Shown: positions 38,815 to 52,199 of the stretch, in pieces
How positions within the stretch are numbered: position 1 is the stretch's first letter
Layout: every line of letters begins with the position of its first letter
DNA from: Bigelowiella natans CCMP2755
Lineage: Eukaryota > Protista > Cercozoa
NCBI GenBank assembly: GCA_000320545.1
Contig: ADNK01000825.1
Span: forward strand, 1 to 64,000
Length of the DNA: 64,000 nt
Direction of reading: 5' to 3'
Notes under the pieces: generated by a model
What the model saw: the letters and a program-made list of their open reading frames with translations, nothing else
Told to the model about the DNA's origin: nothing
Databases searched by the model: none
Position numbers and translations under genes: made by a program

Positions 38815-39942
38815 CATATATTTATTTATTTATTTTGAAGGAATTCGAAAGTTACGTGAAATCGTCCATTCGAGGATCATCGACATCTTGCTGATCCATG
38901 GACATCTTGCCTGTATTCAAAGTGCTTAATCATAAAACAAATAAGACCAATGACCTTTTTTGCACCTACCCAATCCTCTGCTTGCATCTCTTCCGGCAAA
39001 AAGCCCATACATTGCACCAGGGCCGTAGAACTTAGCCTAGGTAGATGAAGGTGTAGTCGTAAAGTAGAGTAGAGTAGTAAACCAGTGTAAAAGTAAAGAA
39101 GATGGTTTCCCTCTTTAGGCGTGCTGAAGCTTAATTATTAACCTTTGACGAGACATCATATATGATCCCTTTCAGTGCAATGAAAATAGGTTTCCCATTT
39201 GTTCCGTCAAAGTATGTGAGCTCTGTTAAAACCACAGATGAACGAAATTTTACATTTGTGTCTCCAACAATGCTTTCATTACCTTTCCGCGTGTAATCCT
39301 TGTAATACTTTTCATTTCCATCGCTTGCTCGTGCTAGCTGCTCGATTTTATACATGTAACCACACAATGACTGAGGTTCGAAAGAGTGGGGGGGGGCAAT
39401 GAACACATCCACAACGTCTCCAGCTTTCTGGTAAGCAAATCGCTTTGTCTACGACGGGTGGGGAAACATACCTTACTCCCTAATGCGATAGAAAGGCCAG
39501 TGGTGGGAACAGCAAGAATCGATCTCCGGCTGAGTCGAAAGGGAGTGGTTCTTCGCTCTTCAGCACTGAGGTAGTTCCTGTTCCTGCTTCAGGACATGAA
39601 TTTGATGTCTTCTCTCAGTTTCTACATGACAGCAATTTGCACTGAATGTGCTCAGAAATTCACATTATCACCATTCCAAAGAATAATATTTCCCTTTTAG
39701 CTACTCCAACCTTGTTACTTGTGAAAACGTGCGGACTTTGGGGCTTCGATGGGCAGTGGCCACGCTGCCCCTCCTCAACGAGGCCTACAATGTACACAAT
39801 GGAAATGGGTCACTATTCTACGACTAGGCAAGGCGGAAATTGTGCGATGAACTGTTACTCGAATGCCACTGGCGCAGGGCTTGGAGGTTGTAGGGACAGA
39901 GAGTAGTAGGAACGTGAGTGCAGTCGCAAGGGAGAGGGGCAT
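38637..39942 (-). CDS. MAPR-family cytochrome b5-like heme/steroid-binding protein with bipartite (signal + transit-like) leader
   Basis: ELTYFDGTNGKPIFIALKGIIYDVS / KFYGPGAMYGLFAGRDASRGL / GKMSMDQQDV / LQKWVQRFESKYPVVGKLKK* (TGA 38637-38639). N-terminus MPLSLATALTFLLLSVPTTS followed by R/S-rich segments. Confidence 0.88.
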
Positions 39943-40283
39943 GGTGGGGTAGTCGTTCCTGTTATGGCTGAGAATGCTTCTCCTTCTCGTTCTTCTACTT
40001 CTTAGTTCTTCCTCATCTCATGATTCATAGATTATTACCATATTTTACGGATCATAATTTTACAGCTGTAATACTTTTCGGGTCCGAAGACGTCGGTGAG
40101 CGAGCGAGCTGTGTGTCCGAGTAGGAACGGGAGAAAAGGAGAGCTGAAAACATCCTAAAATATTTGACGAAGATGAACATCTTGTTCTCACTGAACGACA
40201 ACAATAACAACAACTTATTCTCCCGAACACCACAGGACGAGTGTGGCTCTCGAATCTCCTCCCCACGAAGGAGCTGGTGGCGG
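39943..40283. promoter_or_regulatory. Putative bidirectional promoter
   Basis: About 340 bp between divergent ATGs of the MAPR and OCA genes. Confidence 0.5.
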
Positions 40284-41900
40284 ATGGAAAGTCATTCAGG
40301 GAAGGCAAGGACCATGCGAACAGCGATTCGTTATTACCCACCTCAAAACTTCGGAATGGTAGAAGAGGACTTATACCGCTCCAGGTTCCTACTAGATTCA
40401 TGCAATGGGAGTTCTGGACGATGCTTCGGGAAGCTTTTTTTATTTTTACGATCGTCGATTGACCAGTTGGAAGTTTTTTCTATATATAATCTAACAGAGC
40501 TTCCCACATTACTAAATAGTCGTTCAAATCGAATATTATTCATTTGCTCACAGCGCTCCGACAAGCGTCAACTTTCCCTTTCTGGACACTCTGAAGCTGA
40601 AAACGATCATTTATCTCTCCCCTGATGACCCTTCAGATAAATTGTACTACCAATTACGATACGATATCTCCCATGTTCGCCTTAAAATCTTCTCGTAAAG
40701 CTCTGTTACTGTAAAAGAGTATGCATCATCTCAGCGCTTTCTTCGAATATGCCTTTAAGCTGCCACAATCAACTTTACCTTCGGCCATGTTCTCCAGGTA
40801 TCAGTTCTGCGAAGAGCAAAGTATTGCAGTCATCAGACCCGCTGAGGTAGGCCTAGTGTGATGGTGGCTGTGACATCAATATCCAAAACGCGTTTGATGA
40901 CCTGCTCTTCTGCTGCTGTTCAACTTCTGCCGGCTGTTCAGGATGTCACAACCCAATCAAAGCTTATGACCCTGCCCGAAGAAGCAGTTATACAGAGGTA
41001 TAGAACTTTAAATTTCTTATCAACCACTTTATCTACGAGATTAATCGGATCGATTTGATGGTTCTGCTTGATACCTCTTCGATTGACACATTGTGTTTCT
41101 TATCCCTCCTTTCTTGCATTATTTTGGTTCTTAGTTTAGACACCTTACTGGATAGGCGGCACTACCCAGTGCTTGTTTCCTGTCAGCTTGGAAGGCATAA
41201 AACAGGCATGGTAGTGAAACGAGATGGTGTACTTTTCTCGCAGCCACGTTTTCCATATTAAAGCTCAACTCCCCATGCGGCTGTTAAATACATCCTCTTC
41301 CTCGTTGTATGTTGATGGTGTAGGTTATAGGCTGCTTGCGCAAGCTCCAAGGATGGTCACTGAGCAGCATTTTCGCAGAATATCAACGATATGCGGTGAT
41401 AAGTTAACAGTACAATGAGATGATAGGGTGGTAATGGAAAGGTGAATGTAGTTACTACTCCTAATATTGATTGCAAGGGCTAAAACTATTATTTTACTAA
41501 TCTCAAAGGGGAAAACCCGAGTTCAGAATGAGCAATTTATTGAGCTATTTGATCGCGATCTTGTCCTGATACCTCGAGAATCACCTGCTGTTTGGTTTAC
41601 GGTACTTCAAATGACATTAACGTTATATATTTGCAAAACCTCACCTTCAATTTTCAAACATACCATTACCAATCATCTAATCCTCATCAATATAATCAGC
41701 GTCTTCGCGAAGTCCAACATCGGATAGTGGAGAGTAAACAGAGCACCAAACAAGAACAAGAGCAGCAGCGGGAAGAGGAAGGAGTAGAGAAGGGGGGGGG
41801 GGCTGGTCAAAAGCAGCACAAACAAAGATCACAGGGGAAGCGAGAAGAAGTAGGAGAGAAAGAAGTACCAGTCCCAGAAGGTAATATATTGGCGAAGTAG
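40284..41900 (+). CDS. Siw14/OCA (PFA-DSP) family phosphatase-like protein
   Basis: YYPPQNFGMVEEDLYRS / APTSVNFPFLDTLKLKTIIYLSP / LDRRHYPVLVSCQLGRHKTG / MVIGCLRKLQGWSLSSIFAEYQRYA / RVQNEQFIELFDRDLV. Start at 40284 or 40314. Confidence 0.9.
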
Positions 41901-42479
41901 CGATAATAGTAATAAAACGAGAAAAGAATGATAGAATCACGAGGGACAGAGTGTTGATGACACAAGATTAAAAAAAAATCAGGTGGCGGGAAGGGAGAAA
42001 TAGCAGAATTAGTAGAAAAGAAAAAGGCGATCAATGTGATGGAGGAAGAAGCTAGAGAAGCGGGAGAAGAGTCCAAGGTCGTGTGTATTAGATAATCAAT
42101 GGTGGCGATGCTGATGAGGATGTTTTACTCACTAAAGTAACTTTTATGTATTTTGATTTCCCTTCCATCATGATGATAATGTTGACGGTATCGATGAGGC
42201 ATGTGCGTTGCATTGATGTTCGTGGCAGTTTTCGATAGAATTTAACTTTATCAACTACTTGTGGGTACTTTATTTATTTCCCCATCCATGTTTTCACTTC
42301 TTTCTCAGTGGTCATTGCATCCTCATCGCCCTTTGAGCACAACGACATCTAATGCACTGCATCCTACTGATGCTGACTGTAATAGCGATGTCAAAAGATA
42401 GATTCGCATTATAGTGTACACGAAGGACATCAATAAAGTTTCCCTTTTCATTTAATAAAAATGGCATACTAGCATAGCT

Positions 42480-42790
42480 AGATAGCTTTTGCTTGTCTAG
42501 TTGTATCAATTGCATGTGGATCGTAGTGCCCAAACCGCCTCGGCAGCTCGTGGTAGGCTAGTAGGTGGAGATCAGCAGTCTGCAGTGCAGATCAGATTGT
42601 CTAGTTGCATTAAGTGCATGTTCTTGGCAATGTTGAATGGCAAGCTAGCTAGCTTGCAACGTCGCGGGCGCTAGCTCTAGAGCTAGCTAGGCTAGTAGGG
42701 CGTAACAACAATGCTACGCTTTGCACTATTACATCTAGACATGCCATTGCATTGCTAGATTTGATGATCTAGTGGTCGTGGCAGGTATCT
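42480..42790. other. Intergenic decayed block 6
   Basis: gcaagctagctagcttgc, gctagctctagagctagctaggctag and tgcatg motifs between convergent 3' ends. Confidence 0.65.
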
Positions 42791-42795
42791 TGCAT

Positions 42796-45493
42796 TTAAG
42801 CTATGCTACATGCACGCAAGGACGACAGGTTGCACATCACATTGCTTATTGACAAAACTGAAATAAATAAAAATAGGGAATACACTACATATTGCCTTAT
42901 GAATAAATAATTACATGCATAATGATTTCCAATAATCATTGAATAAAATTTTAAGCACTTCAAATAATCACGATTAGCGATGAAAGCAACAGGGGAAACA
43001 ACCGCCAAAAATGTTGTAACAACAGACCCAGCAGCATCCAGGTTCATCCTGGTAGTTTTGTAGTAACCGCCGCTTAACAAAAAAATAAATATCATATGGT
43101 GTAAGAAATTAAGGTAAGAGTAGTTAGAGTTATTACTTTGCCAAGCTTCACCTGCAGTGGATCCCCACTATCCGAATAACGGCTCCGATTGATCTGTAAA
43201 CGGTACAATAAATGAATCAGATTTACAACATTATGTGACAAATTTCTGACCTTTAAATTTTCTTTTTCTTCTGGTTTGTTTTTCAATGCTGATCCCCGGG
43301 TGCGCTGATGATTTAAGAGAAGCGTCACCTCATCTACGCGCATTATATGATAAAATGAAGTCAGGATTATGTAAATCGGATGTCACCTCAGAGCCTATAC
43401 CAGATCCCACGCTTATACTTCCTCCCATGTCATTCCTCAAATCGTCCCCGGAGCGACGCCGGCTGCGAATAGCAAAGCCTTCAAATAAAGATACCAATGA
43501 TTTTTAATTAATATACCCAAGAGCCGCTGATAAAGAATTTATTTCTTGAAGCTGATGCGTGAATGTCTCTTCATATTTAAATTTCATGTCTCTGGCTTTT
43601 TGACGAAGTTGCTCATTTTCAGCTCGTAGTGTGGAACAAATATTTGCTGCCATCTCAAGTTCCCTGCGAATCTCAGGAAACTGTGACAAGTCCGCTTCAG
43701 CCTTGGTATTGCGTCTAAGCATGGGTATAGGGTATAAGAAGACTTAATACAATTGTGCTTTCTTAATTAGTTATGTTACATGTTACATACCGCCTTCGAC
43801 TGCGGTTTGAGGTCGGGGAGTTCAATGAGACACTCATTTTTCTAAGTGAGTTTCGTAGGCCTTCATTATCTGTGTTGACATCTAGCATCTGTTGTTCGAG
43901 ATCGGTCCGTTTCTGAAATTGTTGACAGGTGGATATCATTAGTAGAACAATTATGAGGATTTCAATCCATACCTTCTCTTCTCTCTCTGCCTTCGAAATG
44001 AGATCAGCCGCCTTTTCTCGATGTACATCAAGATCCTTTGTAAGTTTGATGTTCTCACTTTCAAGCTTTTCGATTTTTTGTTTTTGTCGATTCCGCTCTG
44101 ATAGCAGGGTTTTGTTTTCCTCCTATGATATCAGGAAGATGTTTCAGAATATTAATTTCAGGGGGACTAGATGATACCTCAAGTTTGTCTAGCTGTCCTT
44201 GTAATATCATTATTTTGTTTCTAAGTTCCAAATATCTTTATTCATGAGTCCACACTCATAAGTTTTATATGATCTTTTACCTATTTGCGCGATCTTTATG
44301 CTCTAGTGTTGTCGCTAGGTCCTCAATGGCACGTTCCTTTGCTACATGTTCGTCAACCGCTGAGCTTTGCAAACGCTCAGTTCTTATATTTACTCCTAGT
44401 CCCTCGTAATCTGAACCCGCTGAGAGACGGTCAAGGTGTTTCTCGCTAAGTGCATCCTGAAACATGACATTTGGCTTTCTATAGTAGAATGTAATCTGTG
44501 CAAATTGTTGTTGCATTTGTTCAATTTCACCTCATTCGAATTTCGTTCAAATTTTCCAGGTTGGGATTTGTAATCTTGAAAAAGCTGTAGAAGGTCTTCA
44601 AAATCAATGGTATCTCCATCGTTCTTACCGAGTTCTTTATACAACTGTGCAACATAACTGTTTAAACCTCAGCAAATTAGAGGGCGGAAATTAGCATCCT
44701 TTGGACTTACTTGTGAAGCTTGTTCACTACTGAGTTCGCTACCAGTGTAGGAGGAAAAAAGGTTGATAAATTCGCTCTGTGTTAAGTGGCCATTTCCGTT
44801 TGAGTCATAGTTTTCGAATTTCTCTCTGAGCTCTTCAACACTGAAGTCATCGCTGGAATAAGAATGGTTAGTTCATATAATTCTGTAAACCATAGTTTTG
44901 ACAACACAAAACCTTGCTGCTCGACTCCGAGTTCCACCACTCCCTCTATCAGTTGGTCCGCTTCCACGTTCATTTTCTCTCCAATTCTGCAACGTACGAA
45001 TCAATGATTTTCAATTCAATCGAGCTTACGAAATAATCACCTCAAAATCTTTGGAAGTCATTGTATCGGAATTATACTTTGGCTTCCTATTACCTCTGGA
45101 AAACAAATACATTCTCTATAAATTCTGTTCGAAAGGAGTAATTGATTTTGGTATGTACCCTCCTATCCATTTTTCAAAGTCTTCCTTTGAAGGTGTCCGC
45201 TTCCATTCGTTTAAAAAATCATCGACTTTGACTTTACCCTCTACGGTCATGGTGCAAAGAAGATGACGTTGTGTTCGAAATCATTTTTATTTGTTTTTTT
45301 CACCCTCATCAGGATCCAACGTGTTGAAAAGTTCCTCCTATCAATGTAATTGATAAAAGTTAAGCAAATATACAAACAAAAATAAATGTTAACACACCGC
45401 AGTGATAGCCTTTTCAGATGTCTGGTTTGTATCTTCCAAGTCCTGAAGAATTTCTGGCAACGATTTCTTACGTTCCCTCGTTTCCGTTGTCAT
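42796..45493 (-). CDS. EF-hand and coiled-coil protein, many short introns
   Basis: MTTETRERKKSLPEILQDLED; EF-like LIEELFNTLDPDE/GRVKVDDFL and VYKELGKNDGDTIDFEDLL; heptad-rich exons EEENKTLLSERNRQKQKIEKLESENIKL and LRAENEQLRQKARDMK. 3' end approximate. Confidence 0.78.
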
Positions 45494-45944
45494 CGCGGGG
45501 TCTTTTGATTTTTTTCGTGCTGGGGCTGGTGTGCCCAAACAAGACCTAGATTATGAACAAAAGGAACGCATTCTTTAAGAATGAATCGCACGAATCACTC
45601 ATACGACAAAAAATATTGTGTGAATTCACTATGAATAGCTAAATATCTTCTTTCTTGTGACTTGACTCGCACGATTCCGCAGTTTGGAGCTTGCAGAATG
45701 CCGGGTTTAAAACTAGTTTCGTAAAGAATGCAAGAGAGTTCAAACCAGGGCAGCACAGATACACTGCATTTGGAGAAAAATAGCAGCTCATTATACGGTG
45801 AGATTCTGAAGACAAGCTTACCTTAATGACTAATTAAATAAACGACATGCATCTTGTTTTACAATGGTTCAGTAAGAATACTCAGAGTCACCTACATTTT
45901 GTCACTGCGACAAAAAACTGTTTAACAAATGTGACCGGTCAAAA
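45494..45944. promoter_or_regulatory. Putative bidirectional promoter
   Basis: About 450 bp between divergent ATGs. Confidence 0.45.
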
Positions 45945-48900
45945 ATGAAAACAACGCCAGCGCACTCCATTCTAGCTTCGTTCCTAATTGTTGTTGTTAC
46001 CCATGCTCTATCGCACCAAAAAGCCGGAATCCTACATCATCAGGTATTATCAAAGTGATATTAACACCTCTTACCTGTTCGTAGCAACCTTATGATTTTA
46101 ATTTCAGATCGAATTTGACGGTCGAGGTGGAAATGAATCTTTGCAGTTTATCAATGAAGCACCTCATAGTGATTCTGGAATAGATGAGTCTTTAAATGAT
46201 ATAAATATTAAGTCTTCGTCACATGGAATCATTCCACAACCAACAATACATGATATGGAGGCATCTCAAGATGAGGCTAAGATTGTGAAGTTATCTTATC
46301 GTAGCGTCGAAGTTCTAAACTTTATGCTGAAGTTTCTTACAGGGTAAGATTATGTGGGCGCTGTGATGATATATGTTGAGCACACTAAACTTGTAGGGCG
46401 CTTCTCATTGGAACTCTCACGCGATACTACTATTATATTCTTTTTGACGCTCGTAAAGTGGATCTAAGAACACATTTCCGTTTTAAAATTAAACAAGAGA
46501 AGTCCGGCCCCACAAAAGTAGAATGTGGATGGCGTGCCCCAAACAGAGACGAAATCATACATCAAGAGGAAATTAAGAATTATTCAGTTCCTACAAGCCT
46601 ATTAGGAGGTATAGTTCCTTCATAGTTTCAGATCCAATGTTGTGATCAAATTAATGCGCAGGCTCACATGCATGTCGCCCAACATCTAAAGACAGGGTTT
46701 GTGGCGGTATTTTCTATATTTTTCCGAGTTTAGTCTATTGGTATAACATTTAATTCGAAAGGTAAACGTAATTATCCTAGAAGACAGAGAAATGACATCA
46801 TTCTTGCTGGTAGTACATATTCCAACTTTCGGATATTGTCATTGAAAATTTTCACATGCAAATAGGAGGAATTCCTGAGAAGAAGTCGGGAATAAAGTTT
46901 ATTTCCGCTCATCTATCGGAGTGGGAGACCGCTATACTATTGACAACTCTCATGGTGACGACATACATGAAACTCAGACAGTTTGTACTGTTCACAATGA
47001 CATTAACATACTGTTAGACAATACCTGGAATTTTCAGTCTTCCAAGAGTTTTGGTGGGTTCTCAGCTCGGAAAGACAGGCATGATGGTAGAATCAACAAC
47101 CTTGTGTATTCAGTACCATTAACGCTACGCCTTATGCAAAGATTTGGGCACTGTTTTTCGTGGCTAGCATATTATGTGGATATTTTCTCGCAGCCGTACA
47201 AGATTTATTGATTACTGAAGGTGAAGGGAGGTGGTGAGATCTAAATTTGGAAAAAATCTTTTAAACATCTAGGTCAAATTATCTGACATGTTTCAGTGAA
47301 TCTCTACTTGTGCATATCTTCAAGTGGTCGATGGGCTACTGCTGTGGATTATTTGTAGCGTCACTCTTGGTAATGATACTCAAAAAAAACTTCGTCTTAT
47401 GTAAAGGAATGTACTGTGTGTGTAGGCTATTCACGTGATAGGTACCACACTTATTGCAATGAGTGTGTACTTGAGCGCATGTAAGCACAAGTTTCCAGGT
47501 TTGTAGACACTCAAATACTTGTATCGTGTCATTCTAATATCATTGCGGTATTACGTATTTCACAGAAATTCCTATCACGATACCTATTGGTCTTGCGGTA
47601 TCAATCTTCATTTGTTTTAAAGAAATATATGTTTATCGATATTCTATCATCCCATGTAGGCAATTATATGGTCAACATCCGTAAATATGTCAAACAGGCT
47701 CAACAAAAATGGCATCCGTATGGTAAAGAAAAATATCGAGAATATGATACATCGGTACTAATAAAAATGATATCGCATTTAGCTATCAATTTTGGGAGTC
47801 ATCAGCCTCTTAAGTTGGCTAGGTACTCTATATTTGAGTTTTTGTGTGGAATTCTCTTTTATTTAGTCTCTGAACTAATTCGAGTGAGAATTTCAGGCAT
47901 TACTGGTTTTTTAATGATTCTAGCAGCCGATAATTCTGTTGTTCCATCGATATCTAAAGAGTAAGAAGGCAAATAGCACAAACTAGAACTTCAAAGATAT
48001 TAACGGGTATACTTTCATGCAGGATAGCTCCTGACACTCTTGAAAAATGGAATGATGAACAGATCTTGGAACTGTAAATCTTGTATTTTTATGTGTGTGC
48101 ATTGGAGTGACATTTGAATGTTTGAATAGAATCTTCGAAGTTGGGATAATTCTTCTAGGTTATTGAACAAACATTTACATTAAATCTCAGAGCAAGTTGA
48201 TAGATGGGATTTTTTTTTACAATTCATGTGTATTTTTCTTCCTTTAGGTAGCGGAGGATTGGTTTTGCCGCACTTACCTTACCTAAAGAATTGCATGAAG
48301 GAACCTAAGAAGTTTGGAAAAGTATTTGGTAACTAAAGTTTTTCGATTGCTTCGCTAGTCATCACTAGAATAGTTGTGAAATGCACTCTTAGGTGCCTCT
48401 TCATTTACGTCTGCAGTCATGTAAGGCTTCTTGAGGGTTTCTTGTGCATTATTAATGAATGAATTTAGGTATACCACAATCACCTGGATGGGAATTTGGA
48501 GATATGGAACGAATCTTGACATCTTAGTACGAATTAATGGAATCTATTCCCATATTTGGTGTATGAAATCAATTATTTTTCAGATTGTTTCAAATTTAGC
48601 TCGGGAATCCTCTGTCATTGGTGTAAAACATTTCGAATTCAGAATGACTTGTGACCATATTTTTTTGAGATTCTGATGTGTACTCAAAATATATCCAAGG
48701 ATCTTGTGCAGCTGGTTTAATCGTGTTGCTTCTTCTCATTTCCGTTCACCTACTGGTTAACCTGATTCAAATTGAAGAATTAGTATTTTAAACTAAAAAT
48801 TTGGAATTACGAATAGCTGTCGATTTATGCCGGTGAACTACATGTCTATTGCCTCAAGAGGTCCATCCTTATAGTACGCTAAACAAAAGAGATAATAATA

Positions 48901-49800
48901 TAATAATTCTGTTCTTTGATATTTGTAGCTTCTCTTCAAAGGGGGATAGTGCAGATCATTTTGGTACCATAAACATTAATGTAACACAAATATGAATGAT
49001 CTTTTTTTATATCCGTATCTATCGTAGGCAAAGTGTCAATATACGTTTTTACTATGGTTTTTGGCGTCATAGCGTCGTGCATCTTGTTCGAAGAATTCAA
49101 GGTGTTATAGAACATGTTTGCAAATATCAATTTCCGTTCCACCGTACACGGACAAGGCGCTTATATTATCATTTCTTTTAGATATTGTCCACTTATGCTC
49201 TCCTCAGTGTTACGGTAACAGAAATCTTATAGATCTGCTGAGAGTAATAGAAAAGCGATATTCTGAAAGCGATATCCGTAACAACACTGTAAAATAGCCG
49301 AATTTAACTAACTACATGTGTACCATAGATCCTTGGAATCGGTCTTTCATCGTCTATCTTCTTGAAGGTATGAATGAATAAAGTGTCCAGGTTATGAAAT
49401 GTTCACAGATGCTGAATATTATCTAATTAAGGAATGTTGGGCTTATGAAGTCGGAATATGGCGTTGGGTTCCTGTCAGCATATTGGTTATTGATATTTAA
49501 ATTTGTTCTATGTTAAAGTTATGATATTAAGATATACAAACATACTCATTATTTATTTCCTTCAAGTTACTAATTGGAACTTATTTGATATCTTAATTAG
49601 ATACTGGATTCAGCTCTGCTGACGTGCATCAGCAACTTATGCGCTATAGTTCTTTGATGGTTAAATGGTATGTGTTTATGTAAGTCTATGACGATATTTG
49701 TTCAAAAGAATTATTAAGAATGACAACATTTTCAATCAAAAGAATACATCATTTACATGCATGTACATAGCTGTTGTTAATGTTATTTAATTAAATTATA
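45945..49800 (+). CDS. Multi-pass membrane protein with signal peptide, possibly amino-acid-transporter-like; AT-rich with short introns
   Basis: MKTTPAHSILASFLIVVVTHALS leader; hydrophobic exons WETAILLTTLM/TIPGIFSLPRVL, AKIWALFFVASILCGYFLA, SIFEFLCGILFYLV. Family assignment rests only on the GIFSLP-like motif; end approximate. Confidence 0.5.
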
Positions 49801-49879
49801 GCAAGATGATGCTGAATACAGATAATATTATGAATACTGATTTAGTAGGATTAATCATGCCATAATATGATGATGTGCC

Positions 49880-50350
49880 TCCTTCGTCGCGCTCCTATTA
49901 TGCATTGTAGCGTCATCATTTGCACCATGACTAAATGAAGTTGTGGCACACACCCTCTTCATTTGCTACTATGTACGCGATAGCGTAGCTGGAATTCCCA
50001 CGAGTTCCAGTTCAAAAAGCTACACTCCAACATTTTTGGCATGAAAAGTGCATGAATGACCTGTCAGCTATCAATGCATGTTGATAAATTTTGGAACGTA
50101 GCGATGGACATAGCATGTGTGCTGTGCCACGAACTTAAAATGTTTGTTACTAGAACACAAAATCTAGAAGCAGTCTAGCAGTGGGTTTCGCATTGAAAAT
50201 GTGACCCAATCTAGCAATCATTGAGCCCCATGATTGTAGATTCTGTTCGTGCGTGCGTGCACTTCTAGATGTGCACATCAGAGCGGTGATCAATTTGTTC
50301 ATACAAGATTTACTGCTGCAATGATCCAGATGCTAGAATCTGTTGGACTT
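49880..50350. other. Intergenic decayed block 7
   Basis: tgcatg, catgaaaagtgcatg, aatgcatg, tctagaagcagtctagc and tctagatgtgcacatc between convergent 3' ends. Confidence 0.55.
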
Positions 50351-50581
50351 CGCCAACGTCATTTAGGATGCACGTCGGGCGAATTGAGGGATAATGAATT
50401 AAATCTTCATCCTTATGTACCTTCGATGACAATAATGAAACTCAAAATCAGTAATCTGAAACAACTTTCAATAAAAATTAAAGACACCCTATTTTTTGCT
50501 CATGGCAACTACTCCAACAGGTTAAAATCATTCTACTTATCGTGTTTTCTTTTATCCTTCAATCGGCATCATGTGAAATTT

Positions 50582-52050
50582 TCACTCAAACAGGTGGGAA
50601 TGATGGATGTTGCAGAATACCCCTGATCGCAAGAGAATACTTCGAATTCCTGCATCATTTGCACCCTTTATGTCCCTACCAATGAAGTCAGAACAACATA
50701 ATACAGGAATTGCTATCAGTGTCAAATGAATCGTTCCTGATCGATTTTAATGCAGAACAGATACAATAAATAAATTGTGTGGTATAGGGAAGAGGAGGAG
50801 GGAGCACGACGAAGATAAGGGTGGCTAAGTGGTAAAGTGGGTGCTATGATGTATGAAGAGCTACGTATCAAGAGTATCTCCGATGATCACTGCTTGGTTC
50901 TTCCCATCCATGCCTTGATCCTAAAATTTAAAGTGCGGATTGCAGGGCAGACGAGGAGGAGGAAGAAGAAGAATAAGATGATGATGCAGGAAAAGAAGAG
51001 GAGGAGCAGAAGAAAATTCCGGAATTTAGACGACTCATTGAGAAAGAATTTTGGTGTCTACTTTTTGAATATGTTTCTGTTTCTCTCTCTTTCTGTCTGT
51101 CACTAATTGTTTATTTGGGTTTTTTAATTTTATACTAGCACATTGTAGCCTCCTTCTTGTTATTCCTCTTCTATATACTGATAGGCAATGAGGTAGCAGG
51201 TGTTACCATGAGCATCTGGATTCCTTTCTGCATCATGTACACGTGCCCCCTATTGCCTGATAGTTCAGCATTATGTTGATGGCATCATGAAGAAATAAGG
51301 ATTCTTTATTTTATGTGAATAATGCACGATAGAGAGGTTGAGCATGGCAGTCCACCCCAATAATTTAGTTTCATATTCACAACAGAAAGTGCAGGGAGAC
51401 CTCCCTTTCCACTGTTGTGCAGTCGCTGAGTTGCCTAAATGTCGATAATGTATCATAAGAAGTGTATTTCTGCGCGAGATATGTACCTACACCACGCACG
51501 CACGCACAGACACACACACACACACACACACACACTAAATTTAATTCTTTTACATGTAATAGTATATGCGTGTTCATGCTGCAGTGTGAAATACATGTGG
51601 ATATGTTGCCGAGGCGACAAACGCTTCGATGGTTCCTGGTCCCGGCAAGGTCAAATCCTATAATAAATGAATAAATCATTTGGTTTGTGGAAGAAGAAGA
51701 AGAAGAAGAAGAAGAAGAAGAAGAAGAAGAAGAAGATAATGATATATCTAAATATGCTTCTAAGATCGACATCAACCAAGGCAATGCTTTCGTCAACAGA
51801 AGGGAAAGAAAATAAGTAGGAGGGAATTCTTACGAGTTGTGCAAAGCCAGGCTCTTTTGCTAACTTAGGATTATGCGTATCCCGTGCATGACAAAGGAAG
51901 TGCTGCCATTTTATAAGCCGTAAGAACATAATGAAATTTAGAGAAAAAAGCACCATATGTTCTATTTAGTACAACTTCGTGTACTCGTCATCAAACTCCG
52001 AAATATGGTATATATGCCCACAAAACATGTATGTGCATGTTCCATCGATT

Positions 52051-52082
<32 letters not shown>

Positions 52083-52158
52083 CCTCCCTCTCTCTTTCTC
52101 TTTCTCTCTGAGACTTCTCACAAGTGTGAATGAGAGTCGAAGTTCATAGGACGTACGA

Positions 52159-52199
<41 letters not shown>

